The translations under genes and the position numbers were made by a program. A model generated the notes under the pieces. It saw nothing but the letters and a program-made list of their open reading frames with translations. It ran no database searches and was not told the origin of the DNA. DNA of 62,598 nucleotides, counting the filler, from Dimargaris cristalligena (lineage: Eukaryota): the NCBI GenBank assembly GCA_003614675.1. It is 26 parts of 26 records of this genome, joined end to end, with 100 filler letters (N's around TTAATTAATTAA, not from the genome) between each part and the next. Parts side by side here need not be neighbours in the genome. Positions count along the whole stretch, not along the records: positions 9,815 to 12,162 come from ML004251.1; positions 12,263 to 14,604 come from ML004252.1; positions 14,705 to 17,046 come from ML004253.1; positions 17,147 to 19,487 come from ML004254.1; positions 19,588 to 21,921 come from ML004255.1; 21 more parts are not named here. One strand, given 5' to 3'. Below are positions 11,233-21,298 of the stretch, piece by piece (positions within the stretch are counted from its first letter, which is position 1; every line of letters starts with the position of its first letter).

Positions 11233-14200
11233 GCTGCAGTGGGGGACCGTCCTCTGTAGCCGCTCCAGCAGTATAGTCAAGGCTGTGACGTGAAGGTGAC
11301 CCAGCTCTCCAACAATAGTTCATTGGTTAGCGAGAGGCTAGAGGAGAGAGAGAGAGAGAGTCCTCCTAAGCAGCCCCGACTATTTTAGGATATCAGCCGC
11401 CCAGGTCAGATCCGGGAACGACATCTCGATTAGCCAGCACTATTGGGTGTCAACGGCTTAATGGTAGCATTTTGGCTATGGAGGAGGACTACTTCGACAT
11501 ATCTTTTCGGTTTGCTGGTCTATTATTCCGGCTATACTCGAATGGTTCATCCACGCGCTTACTTTGCCTGTTTGCCAATATTGAAGACAGGGGAATTGGT
11601 CCAGACACTAAGGGACCATGACCTAGAACGCCTCGGCGCAGTAGCTTGGTCTGGGTATAGTTCGGGGTCCTACCAAATTCCCCTATTATTTTCGAGCTTC
11701 GCTAAGCCGTTGGTTAGTAGGTATTCGGAAATGAACGGGAAGGGAAGAGGCATTACGGGGGAAGAGGTGGTTTGCTACTAAAGGTGGTATTGGGCCGTCA
11801 TCGATTAACCAACCGAGTCGATTATACTAGGAAGGCTCTCTTCACAAGTAGGAAATGTGGGGGGGGGAAACTAGTATTCCTCTCTAACCGCTATGCACTT
11901 TCTTCTGCTACCTTACGCTCCTTGCCTATTGCCACTTCACATTAGGATGGGTAATCCTACCTCTGTGTAGTTCAATTAATCTCTGGAGAGAAACAGGCTA
12001 GGATAACTGTACGGTTTATGACTCCGCCCTAAAAACCCCAATCAATTTCGGGTCATTAGGACCAACTATATAGTCTCTAGTAATTGTACTATTGAAGTAA
12101 GTCGTTAAACCAGTTTATTGTGCTAAACCATTTCAACCCAAGGAGTGCCCATCTTATAGAAGNNNNNNNNNNNNNNNNNNNNNNNNNNNNNNNNNNNNNN
12201 NNNNNNTTAATTAATTAANNNNNNNNNNNNNNNNNNNNNNNNNNNNNNNNNNNNNNNNNNNNTTATACCTCTGAAGTTGTGGTTGCCAAGGAAATGGTCC
12301 TTTTGAGCTTCCAAACAGGTATTTATATTACTTTGGTTTAAACTAGTTTTATTTTATTATAAAAAGTATTATATTTTTAAAGAATTTCATAGAGTGACTA
12401 ACCAGTTTGCCTGGAGAAGCCACCCTACCCTTTTTGATATATTTTGTTGTTCATTTTAGTGGCTTGACACCACTACACTGTGACACTGCTTATCATATTT
12501 TCTTACTGACCTCATGCCATACTGCCACTTGCACCTCACCTATTACTCATCCCACCATAAACATTGTTGATTTTATCCCCGCTCTGCTGACCATAGGCAC
12601 CTGCTTTACTAGCATCAGTACTTCTTTTCCCGAAGATACCAGCCCCAACTCATTTGAATTCAAATTCATTCATCTTCACCATTGTATGCCCATTTTGTGC
12701 AGGACTGTCCTAGCTACCCAAAAAGAAGTAGCTCAGATAGTGAAGATGCAAGTCAGGGCTCCTCGGGTCCAACCTCAGGGAGACAATACCTCCAAAAGAC
12801 TGGGTGATGCAGTTCATGTTGGTAGAACCCTTTATGACAAGATTCCGGAAGCTGCCCAGCCAGCAACCGGGAAAGTAACTACCATGCCTAGTCTGCCCAA
12901 ATATAGTGTTCCATCCATATTATCCAACACCCCACAATAATTAGAGATGTGTGAGGATTATGCTTGGCTGCAGCAGTTTATCCCATATCCAGCTAAGTGA
13001 CCAACCAAGTTGCAAATTCCATCACAGTCCAGGAACTTAGCAATGTTGACTTTTATTTCTGCCCATTACGCCAGTCCCTGGAGGCTATCAAGGGGGTCAC
13101 TATTCATTTGGCAGTGTATGCATGTGCTCCCTATAGTTTGACTGACTTTCTCAGTTCTTGTGTTTATTACCTGTTTCCACTCTAAAAATATTCACAACAT
13201 TGAGCAATATATTCTAGTATCATTCTGAGGTTTTTTTTTAAAAAAATAAACTTCAAAATCATTAATTTATTCTTCCCCTAATGAAGTTTTGAAGGAAGTT
13301 GTTAGTAAATACTTTTACTTTAAGTAGAAGAAGCCCATTTGATTCACTGCTTGACTGGGTATTCCATTGGCAGAGTTGGTATATTGTAGATTCCATAATA
13401 TCATTTAAATCAACTGTTTAGGGCATCATAGGGGAAATCCTAGCCAATACTACAATTTTTTACATCTAGGAAAATAATGCTCAGAGGACTGTCGAAACAA
13501 GGATGTAAGTGAGACTTTGTAGATGCCAATAAGCACAGACACCAATGCAAGGGCAGATTAACTAATAATAGAGTTATCAGGATATGATTGCTTAACCAAC
13601 TCATTAGTATAGGAATTGGTCCAATTTTATTCAGTCAACTATCTAAGAATAAGAATTCAAGGCTGACAAAGTAAATACTAAGTTACTCTACTTTAAGATG
13701 TTGGGGATACATGATCATTTGGACTACTGTCATCAAGTATTCTGACTTGGCTCTTACTCAAATACAATCCCATTCTATTACATAACACCTTTGCTATGGC
13801 AATAGCCACTGCCATAGTTAAGATTTAAGTGCAATCCTGGCTATCACTTGAAGGATATCTATGCCAAGAATTTACCATTGAACTGGAGCTTCTCTTAATT
13901 CTGAACATGATCTCCCTGACACAAAGGATATGGCTCTAAGTGTCATCCCCATGTCTGAATGCTTTCTCCAAAAATCTCAATACATACCCCCAGTTAGTGC
14001 TCCACTCTTAGATACCTATATATTAATATCCCCACTGTGGTTCTAATTAATAAGTCCCTGCCAGGACAACTCTCGGCATAATGTTCCAAGGAAGCCTACC
14101 ACATGTATTTCAGTACAAGACTAGAAGGGCTGACCGTGGTGCTAGGAGAAGCTCCATATCATCAAATTCAAACTTATATAGCAAAGTGTGACTAGCGGAT

Positions 14201-14704
14201 AGGATAGATCTAAACTAGTTTCAGCCAGTATAACATACAGCCTTATAGCTATTACACAGGGGGCTAAATCCTACTACATATGGGTGAAATTTGTCACATC
14301 CCTAATATTCGGAATGCATTCTGATGAAGTATCTCGATTCTGTATGTTATCCCAAATATCCTATATTATATACCATTTCTGGGAATTGTAAATTTCGTTT
14401 CGAAGGATAAACCAAATCCTCTAATTGCATACACCTTGATCCTACTTAGTAATCACTACTCCTACCCGTATACAGATTGGATGGTGGCGTGCAAAATTGC
14501 CTAATTGGGAATTGGATCTCCTGATAATATGTATGAAAAATACTCTTTCTGTTGTGCCAACGAAGTTCGAAAAGGGAAATAGATAATTAGCTTTATTTCA
14601 AGTANNNNNNNNNNNNNNNNNNNNNNNNNNNNNNNNNNNNNNNNNNNNTTAATTAATTAANNNNNNNNNNNNNNNNNNNNNNNNNNNNNNNNNNNNNNNN
14701 NNNN

Positions 14705-15400
14705 TCTCTGGGCATTGCATCGAAATATTTGCTAAATTGTGTAACATCTTGTCACTTTTGGTTTCTTCTTGCCAGAAAATTGAACCTTCCAAAATTAAAG
14801 AAAAAAGAAACTTGGAAAGCTGCCATAGTCAAAAACAGATCTAAAATTTGCGAGTCATGCGTCAAACTTAATAAAAACGTGAAAACGTTGACTTTGCTGA
14901 ATACGATTGAAAAGGCGCTTGAAAACAATAAAAATGTTGAAGAATATATTACAACGAGACAAAATGACAACGAGCTGATAATTAGTGAAAATGCTGACAT
15001 TGGAAAGAATGAAATCATCGAACAGAAAAGAAATTTGTGCCTTCGATGTCGAATAGAACATGTGAACGTTCATCATGATAACTTTCCCATTAGGTATTGG
15101 AAAGGAACTGAAAAGATCGAAAATCTCACTAAAACGAATGCAAAGGAAACATTCTGCATAGGAGATAAAGTGATATCTATATTGGACTCTCGTGCTAGAC
15201 AGTCCGAAGGATATTGGGGTAGAATGTCCCTTTATAATTTTCACGAAGTTCAAATGCTGGCGTACGCATACCACGGAAGTGATCAGCAACGGGAAAAGGC
15301 CATGGAAAAGCGAACGCAAAGACGGTGTGGTGTTAAACAAAATTACTCGGGAGGTTATCACTCGTACCCTTCTTTCGACATGTTGGATAGAAATTTCTGA
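14705..15400 (+). CDS. F-box-like N-terminus, split C4 zinc finger and XPA C-terminal-like DNA-binding domain; 5' truncated
   Basis: Frame open from the contig start (SLGIASKYLLNCVTSCHFW, F-box tail pattern); CESC...CLRC; LTKTNAKETFCIGD and WGRMSLYNFHEVQMLAYAYHGSDQQREKAMEKR resemble XPA ITKTEAKQEYLLKD and WGDMKLYL...VWGSQEALEEAKEVR. Confidence 0.65.
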   Translation, partial: SLGIASKYLLNCVTSCHFWFLLARKLNLPKLKKKETWKAAIVKNRSKICESCVKLNKNVKTLTLLNTIEKALENNKNVEEYITTRQNDNELIISENADIGKNEIIEQKRNLCLRCRIEHVNVHHDNFPIRYWKGTEKIENLTKTNAKETFCIGDKVISILDSRARQSEGYWGRMSLYNFHEVQMLAYAYHGSDQQREKAMEKRTQRRCGVKQNYSGGYHSYPSFDMLDRNF

Positions 15401-15718
15401 ATTATATCAATCTTTGAATTCACTTTTTTGTTTACCACATAAAGTGACTAAAAACATGTGGCATTATTCACCTTCGGTAGGAAAAAGAGTGATGTTGTAA
15501 GAGAAACCGAAAAATCGAAGGTAAATCTGTCAAAGACTGTCTATAAATACTACCGGACGGTGGATTTCACTGTTTTGATTTCGACTGCATTCTACATGCA
15601 ATAAACCAGACAAACCTGATCGAAATTTGATCTTTGTTTACTTGTTTAAATGTAAAAAACTTGTTTATCGATAAAAGATTAACCAGATTGGCTCAAAATA
15701 TGCATAAATAAACATAAA

Positions 15719-16156
15719 ATGTATCATATGATCAAAATTACAATAATTATGGACAAAGTCGATTTTGAATTTTTGGTTTCGAAGATGAAAAAGAATAGTA
15801 CACAGATTCCACTCAGCAAAAACACTCAAAAACATTACGTAAAACTACTCCAGAGGATGGCTCTGATTGGTGCTCTTCAGCATGCATTTGATGCCGAAAA
15901 ATGCTTGAAAATATGTTCTGATGGTGGTGTCTTCGAGGACGAACATAAAAATAAAATTGATGATTCAGTTTCTTGCGCAGGTTCTCGACCAAAAAGCACT
16001 CTTCATCATTACGCTATGGTACTAGTCAAACTGTTCTATGTCCTAAGACATGAAGATTTTAAAAATCTTTGGCCTGTACGGAACGACTTTTCTTTCGTCA
16101 CTGTCAATCAAGTGCTGAACTCTTACAGAGGTTTTCTCACTTCTGATAATTCATAA
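15719..16156 (+). CDS. Hypothetical protein resembling a tyrosine-recombinase N-terminal (SAM-like/core-binding) domain; start may be 15749
   Basis: Helical motifs LSKNTQKHYVKLLQRM and PKSTLHHYAMVLVKLF; no catalytic R-H-R-Y domain; intronless. Confidence 0.5.
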   Translation: MYHMIKITIIMDKVDFEFLVSKMKKNSTQIPLSKNTQKHYVKLLQRMALIGALQHAFDAEKCLKICSDGGVFEDEHKNKIDDSVSCAGSRPKSTLHHYAMVLVKLFYVLRHEDFKNLWPVRNDFSFVTVNQVLNSYRGFLTSDNS

Positions 16157-16258
16157 CTTATGATTGTCGAAGGTAATCAATTGACTACCAGTGAATCCGC
16201 TGGAATCATTTCTTATTCAATTCTGAATCTTAGGGTTAGAGTCATTTGTTGCGAAAAA

Positions 16259-17044
16259 TCACATTTGGTTGGTGCTCGATTCGTGGTATTTTTTAATATT
16301 TTGGATATGTCTGAATCCGATTCGTGCATTGATACCAATCGTACCATCCTTGCAAATCGGTTTCCACAACCAAGATTCACAGTATCTCTGAATAACTGAC
16401 GCTGCACGGTTCCTTATTTGTATTCTAAATCTCCATCTTCTTTGCAGTTTACGCAATATATTATATTTATCCATACAAAAGTCACCATGACTGGTTTCCA
16501 AATTCAATGTTTTCTTTACATATGTAATGTCCAAATTGTCCACATGAGTAATTTTACGAAAGTCGCAGTCCAGAGATATAAGGCATCTTGGAAGATTCTC
16601 AATCTTGGTGATATGATTGTATAGGCAATTAATCTGCTGCAAAGAAAACGGAAGATTTTCAAGCTTCCTGATTTGATTGCTGTCGCAAAAAAGAAATTCC
16701 AAATATTCTGGAAGATTCTCTAGCTTTGTGATTTGATTGTAAGAACACCTGATATACTTTAACAAAGGCACAGGTTCAACTTGTGCAAAGTGCTGTATTT
16801 GATTTCCACAGCAATTAAGACGCTGTAAAGAAGGCGGAAGATTCTCGATCTTTGTGAGTTGATTTGTTCGGCAGGAAAGTTTTTGGAGAGATCGTGGGAG
16901 ATTCTCAAGCTTCTTTATTCGATTGTTATCGCAATTAAGCGTAAGCAACGTGCTAGGCAGACATTCAAGTTTTTCGATTTGATTTCCGGCACAATCAAGA
17001 GTGTGTAAAACTCCGGGAAGGTTCTCGAGTTTCACGATTCGATT
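16259..17044 (-). CDS. Leucine-rich repeat protein with C-terminal IQ-like motifs; 5' truncated
   Basis: About 7 units of LENLPxxLxxLxCxxNQIxK; LRKLQRRWR and AASVIQRYC; tail WLWKPICKDGTIGINARIG; frame open to the contig end (NRIVKLENLP). Confidence 0.85.
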   Translation of the reverse strand, partial: NRIVKLENLPGVLHTLDCAGNQIEKLECLPSTLLTLNCDNNRIKKLENLPRSLQKLSCRTNQLTKIENLPPSLQRLNCCGNQIQHFAQVEPVPLLKYIRCSYNQITKLENLPEYLEFLFCDSNQIRKLENLPFSLQQINCLYNHITKIENLPRCLISLDCDFRKITHVDNLDITYVKKTLNLETSHGDFCMDKYNILRKLQRRWRFRIQIRNRAASVIQRYCESWLWKPICKDGTIGINARIGFRHIQNIKKYHESSTNQM

Positions 17045-18026
17045 TTNNNNNNNNNNNNNNNNNNNNNNNNNNNNNNNNNNNNNNNNNNNNTTAATTAATT
17101 AANNNNNNNNNNNNNNNNNNNNNNNNNNNNNNNNNNNNNNNNNNNNTGGCGATATTTTAGGCCGCCCTGGACCACAAACAGAGTGTCACGGATCTACTTT
17201 CGGAGTGGAATAGTCCCCGGAACCGGAAAGTCGCCCGTTTCCACCAAGGCCGATTCCAAATCAAAACGTAGTATGCGAGAGAGAAGTGAAGGTAGGGGGG
17301 GGGATACGCGTGTCCCCCCTTTTCACTGCTCGATCAACTCGCATATCTCTCTCTTAGAGACCCGAAATTTCCCTCCCCTGCCTTTTACGAGAGCCCCCTT
17401 GCAGACGGTTACTATATAATCAGAAATAAATGACCCCGTATGGCTTATTTGCACATGCTTAACCTGGATTAGAATAACGTGCTACTCGTTTATTAAATGT
17501 ACGTTGACTAGGGTCAGCATTGATAGACAGTGCAAAAAGCCGAGAAGTCAGTAATGGTACCGACAACAAAAAAAAATTGGAATGAGGATGAAAAAAGTAG
17601 GAGAAATGAAAGGCCGATTGAAAGAATCCCCCTAGGTAAGGTGCACACATAATAATATAAAGTACAAAACATCAAGCATAGCCATCGGGTGGAGGATTGT
17701 AAATAAAAAATCTATATACCCGACGCGGAAGTGCGTAGAGTTTGGGATTATCATTTTTCAGTTTTCCGGGCACCCTGGCTAGAGTATGAGCAGTCGAAAA
17801 AGAAATTGTTGAATGCGGAGTAGAAATAGAATATATATATATATATAAAAGTAGACGAACCAATGTCATGAAAATATAGTAAAGAAATCAAGTGGAGTGT
17901 CATCACGGATCCATTGATAGCAAAGTCGAAGAAAGATTTAGCACCGGATCAATCTTATAGTAGTGGTGAAGGGGGGGGAGAGTGGCACATAACGGACGAG
18001 GGAAACCAGTGGCAGTTGTATGATCT

Positions 18027-19487
18027 TCAAGGGCCAAGTAGTGGTCGACGTTCATTAGGGGAATTGGTTGTTGACGGAGTGAATCGGTTGGGCCGTGGCG
18101 AAGGCGACATGGCCGACGAGTGTCGGTTATGCCCTAGGCCAGTGGGTGTGGTACCGTACCGACTATTGTTCTGGCGTTCCCGGCGTCTAGCACTAGCGAT
18201 GGCATCGGTCTCTGCATTCAATTCTTCGTCTTCCTGACGGTGGTCCCGCCAGTGTTGGGAAGTACCCGCCCCGCCCCCACTCTGGGGACTCAGACAACCT
18301 CCGTTACCACTCGACGACGACCCGTGGCTATTGGACCCCCGTCGGCCGTCCGTTAGGGCCAGCGTACCGTGGCAGGCTTTGACCAGGAATACCGCGAAGC
18401 CCAGGATATAGAGGCCCAAAAAGACCCACTGGGCGTGGAAAAACAGGTTACTAAAAATGGGGAACTGGAGGGACAGCTGGTCCAGGAAGGCGGAGAGTAC
18501 GGTGGGCGTACATAGATTCGGCGGGGCCCGGGCGTCGCAGGGGACGATCAATTCGGGCTGGTTCGCGCAGTCCGCCAGGAGTGGGGGAGAGATGGACGTA
18601 GCCCCCATCATCAGTTGAGTAGTAGCCGCGGCAGAAAAGGGGGCGTCCGCCCCGGCGGTAGCATTGCAGTAGACTTGGCTGCCGTAGGTTAAGTAGTGGG
18701 GGGCGATATGGGTGGCCAAATTAAAGTTAATGGCCAGCACCCCGAACATGGTGAGGATGCCCAAGAAGAGCAGCGCCTGCGGAGCGGTGGCCCGGGGCCG
18801 GATGGGGTAGAATTGCACCAGACCTAACACCCCGATACCGCGGTAGATAATGGCCACGACGGTACAGAGGACCAAAAACCCGCTCAGGAGCAGCAGTCCC
18901 GCGGCATCAGCGGGGACCATCAGGTGATGTCCCCCGCCCCGCTCGCCCAGCCAGTGGAGGACCAGGGCCACGGGATTCGCCAGGATGGCCGATTCGAAAT
19001 AGTAGCCACAGTCGCTGCCGCAGACGGAATGCCGAATTTTGTCGAGGTTAGTCAAGGCAATGGACAGTACGACGGTCCAGCTCAGCGCAATCCCCGCACA
19101 GCCCAGTAGGACCTGCATCGGGCGGTAGAGCAACGTCGTCGCTAGAGAGGGGCACCACCCCTCGCCGTGACCCCCGCCGGCCCAGCCGCAATAGGGACTA
19201 GCGGGTCGGCAGGCCTCCAACTGGTCCAGAAGTTGGGTTTCCTGGCGCCGCAGTTCTTCGGACAGTTTCCGGTCGCGGGAACTAATGGGCACCCGGACAT
19301 TTTCGTAGCGTACGGTGATGGTGCGTTGCATCTGACGGTTAATTTCCAGGTCCCGTTCGAGCCGGTGGAGATTATGGCGGAGGGCGGCCGACGGGGTGGG
19401 TTGCACGCGGGTGAGGCTGAGCGGCAGCAGGGACAGGCCGAGACTGGTGTAACCGAGGTACACGCCCATGCCCAGGGTCAGTAAGAA
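18027..19487 (-). CDS. LMBRD1: LMBR1-family lysosomal cobalamin transporter (LMBRD1-like); 5' truncated
   Basis: LDKIRHSVCGSDCGY...NP, IRPRATAPQALL, APHYLTYGSQVYC and PCDARAPPNLCTPT motifs; multiple transmembrane segments. Confidence 0.85.
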   Translation of the reverse strand, partial: FLLTLGMGVYLGYTSLGLSLLPLSLTRVQPTPSAALRHNLHRLERDLEINRQMQRTITVRYENVRVPISSRDRKLSEELRRQETQLLDQLEACRPASPYCGWAGGGHGEGWCPSLATTLLYRPMQVLLGCAGIALSWTVVLSIALTNLDKIRHSVCGSDCGYYFESAILANPVALVLHWLGERGGGHHLMVPADAAGLLLLSGFLVLCTVVAIIYRGIGVLGLVQFYPIRPRATAPQALLFLGILTMFGVLAINFNLATHIAPHYLTYGSQVYCNATAGADAPFSAAATTQLMMGATSISPPLLADCANQPELIVPCDARAPPNLCTPTVLSAFLDQLSLQFPIFSNLFFHAQWVFLGLYILGFAVFLVKACHGTLALTDGRRGSNSHGSSSSGNGGCLSPQSGGGAGTSQHWRDHRQEDEELNAETDAIASARRRERQNNSRYGTTPTGLGHNRHSSAMSPSPRPNRFTPSTTNSPNERRPLLGP

Positions 19488-19587
19488 NNNNNNNNNNNNN
19501 NNNNNNNNNNNNNNNNNNNNNNNNNNNNNNNTTAATTAATTAANNNNNNNNNNNNNNNNNNNNNNNNNNNNNNNNNNNNNNNNNNNN

Positions 19588-19638
19588 AAAAATAGATAAA
19601 AAATAAAAGTAGGTAAAAAATGTGGTAAGTTCACCACA
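19588..19638 (+). repeat. Repeat family F terminus (AAAATAAAAGTAGGTAAAAAATGTGGTAAGTTCACCACA)
   Basis: Same string at ~29369-29407 and, reverse-complemented, from 31517; homology ends at ...ACCACA. Confidence 0.7.
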
Positions 19639-19640
19639 AC

Positions 19641-20235
19641 AGGTTTTTATGACCTATAATTATTACAGTTATCATCTTTAGCTATAATTATCTAGTTCAG
19701 TCAATTTCTTATATATACTCTAGCAGTATCCCCTCTGTTGAAGAGACAAGTTAATTTTGAGATAAATATTTGTGTGATATGTTATTTTTGATATAAGCCT
19801 CTATTACTCAGAATAATCATTGATATATACTTCACCAGATGACCCCAATAATTACCTTTTACGCAGTTTTACTTGATTATTATTATCACTATTCCTATTT
19901 TGTTTTATTATTTCATCTATTCAGTTCAAAGTTTTGGTATATCTAAGTACTAAATTGATTATAACATTTTTTTATAATGTTTTTATTTTATTTTTCTTAA
20001 CAACTAATAATATGAGATAATGATATCTAACAGAATGAATGACTAGAAAATCAGCAGTGACTTCCCCAAAGCCACCTTGGTCCCAACCCCCTCAAAACTA
20101 ATCAAGCCTAACCCCCTGTACTATATGACTAAGTAGGATGAACCATCCAGGGATAGTAAACTGGAGATTCCTACTCCTACTATCAACCCTCCCAAGGACA
20201 TTCCAGCAGAGCCCCTCAAAACATTGGTATTACAG
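19641..20235 (+). mobile_element. Family A, degenerate copy
   Basis: Aligns with 1-486; ORF broken by TAG stops. Confidence 0.75.
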
Positions 20236-20748
20236 CCATTGTATATCAAGGCATTTTTTGCCCTTTACTGGTGTAGACTGATTACCCATAGTCTAAAAGT
20301 AATTGCTGACCATCAGATGGCACCACCAATTTCCCCCAAGATATTAGCTTCCAACAAGGCTGTCACTGCCCCAGCTGGTACTGGCCTAATGTTGTCATCA
20401 TATATATTTTAGTGTGACAATAAGATACACCACAACACCCTTGACCCACCTGTTGTAATCTCAGCCTACCTTCAAGAATCACAACTTCCACTCACAATGG
20501 TGTAATTCCTAGTCCAATTGATCCACCAGGTCTCGACACTTCATATATTAGCAATCACGTGAGCTAATGTGATTCTCTTATAGCTCTGTGGGGAGTATTT
20601 CATTCACCCTCCATAACTGTGCCCCCCCCCTCTTCATTCTAATGAGTGCATCCTCCATTGAATAAAATAACTCAACTGGGGTAGTTATTTCTATTGCAGC
20701 TTTCTCTCTGAATTGTTTTGATTTTTACTGGTGATTCTATTTCGATTC

Positions 20749-21298
20749 TATTGCCCAGGTTATCCACTCTTAGTCTATCAAGAGTTCCAAAGGTAAACCT
20801 CTAATGGTAGTCAGGCTTAGGCTTAACCAAACAGCTACTAACATCAAGTATGGGGTGGTACTAACCCAATAAGGGCAAGTGTGGACACTATGTAAGGGAC
20901 ATGCAGCAGTGCACACTTACTGGTTAGTACAAGGGCAGGTGAGTGTATATAGAGTTTATTGAGTAAGCTGAGGGGGATAAGAATAAGCTAAGGACTGAAC
21001 CAGTCCCAGAGGCGCCCAGTTATTTATACATGGGGACTGTTTATAATGAGAGGTCCTTAAGAGAATGGGATGATTAGGTAAAGAGGTGGGGGACAGGGTC
21101 TTGGCTGAGGGCTTACTTCCGGAAGACTCCACTGGGAAAGGAGGAACTTTGTATTAGCCAGTGTAGTGTGGTGTGAGATGCATTAGGACCTGGCCATAGT
21201 GAGTTATATAGTTAAGGGAGGGGTAATATGGCATTATAAGGCCAGATAGGATGGGACAATCAGCTTTCCATATTTAAGATAGATTAGGTGGGCCAACA
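20749..21298 (+). mobile_element. Family B solo LTR with 5-bp TSD GATTC/GATTT
   Basis: TATTGCCC...GGGCCAACA; flanks 20744-20748 and 21299-21303. Confidence 0.8.

Noticed and set aside
12263-14604. ORFs 12407-12940 and 12997-13185 as genes
   Set aside because: CpG-depleted, stop-riddled context with no recognisable domain; probably a decayed transposon, but the family could not be assigned.
15600-15650. Mimivirus-type hairpin terminator or AAAATTGA promoter in the virus-like contig
   Set aside because: The hairpin is weak and interrupted, and AAAATTGA was noticed only inside ORFs; not used as evidence.
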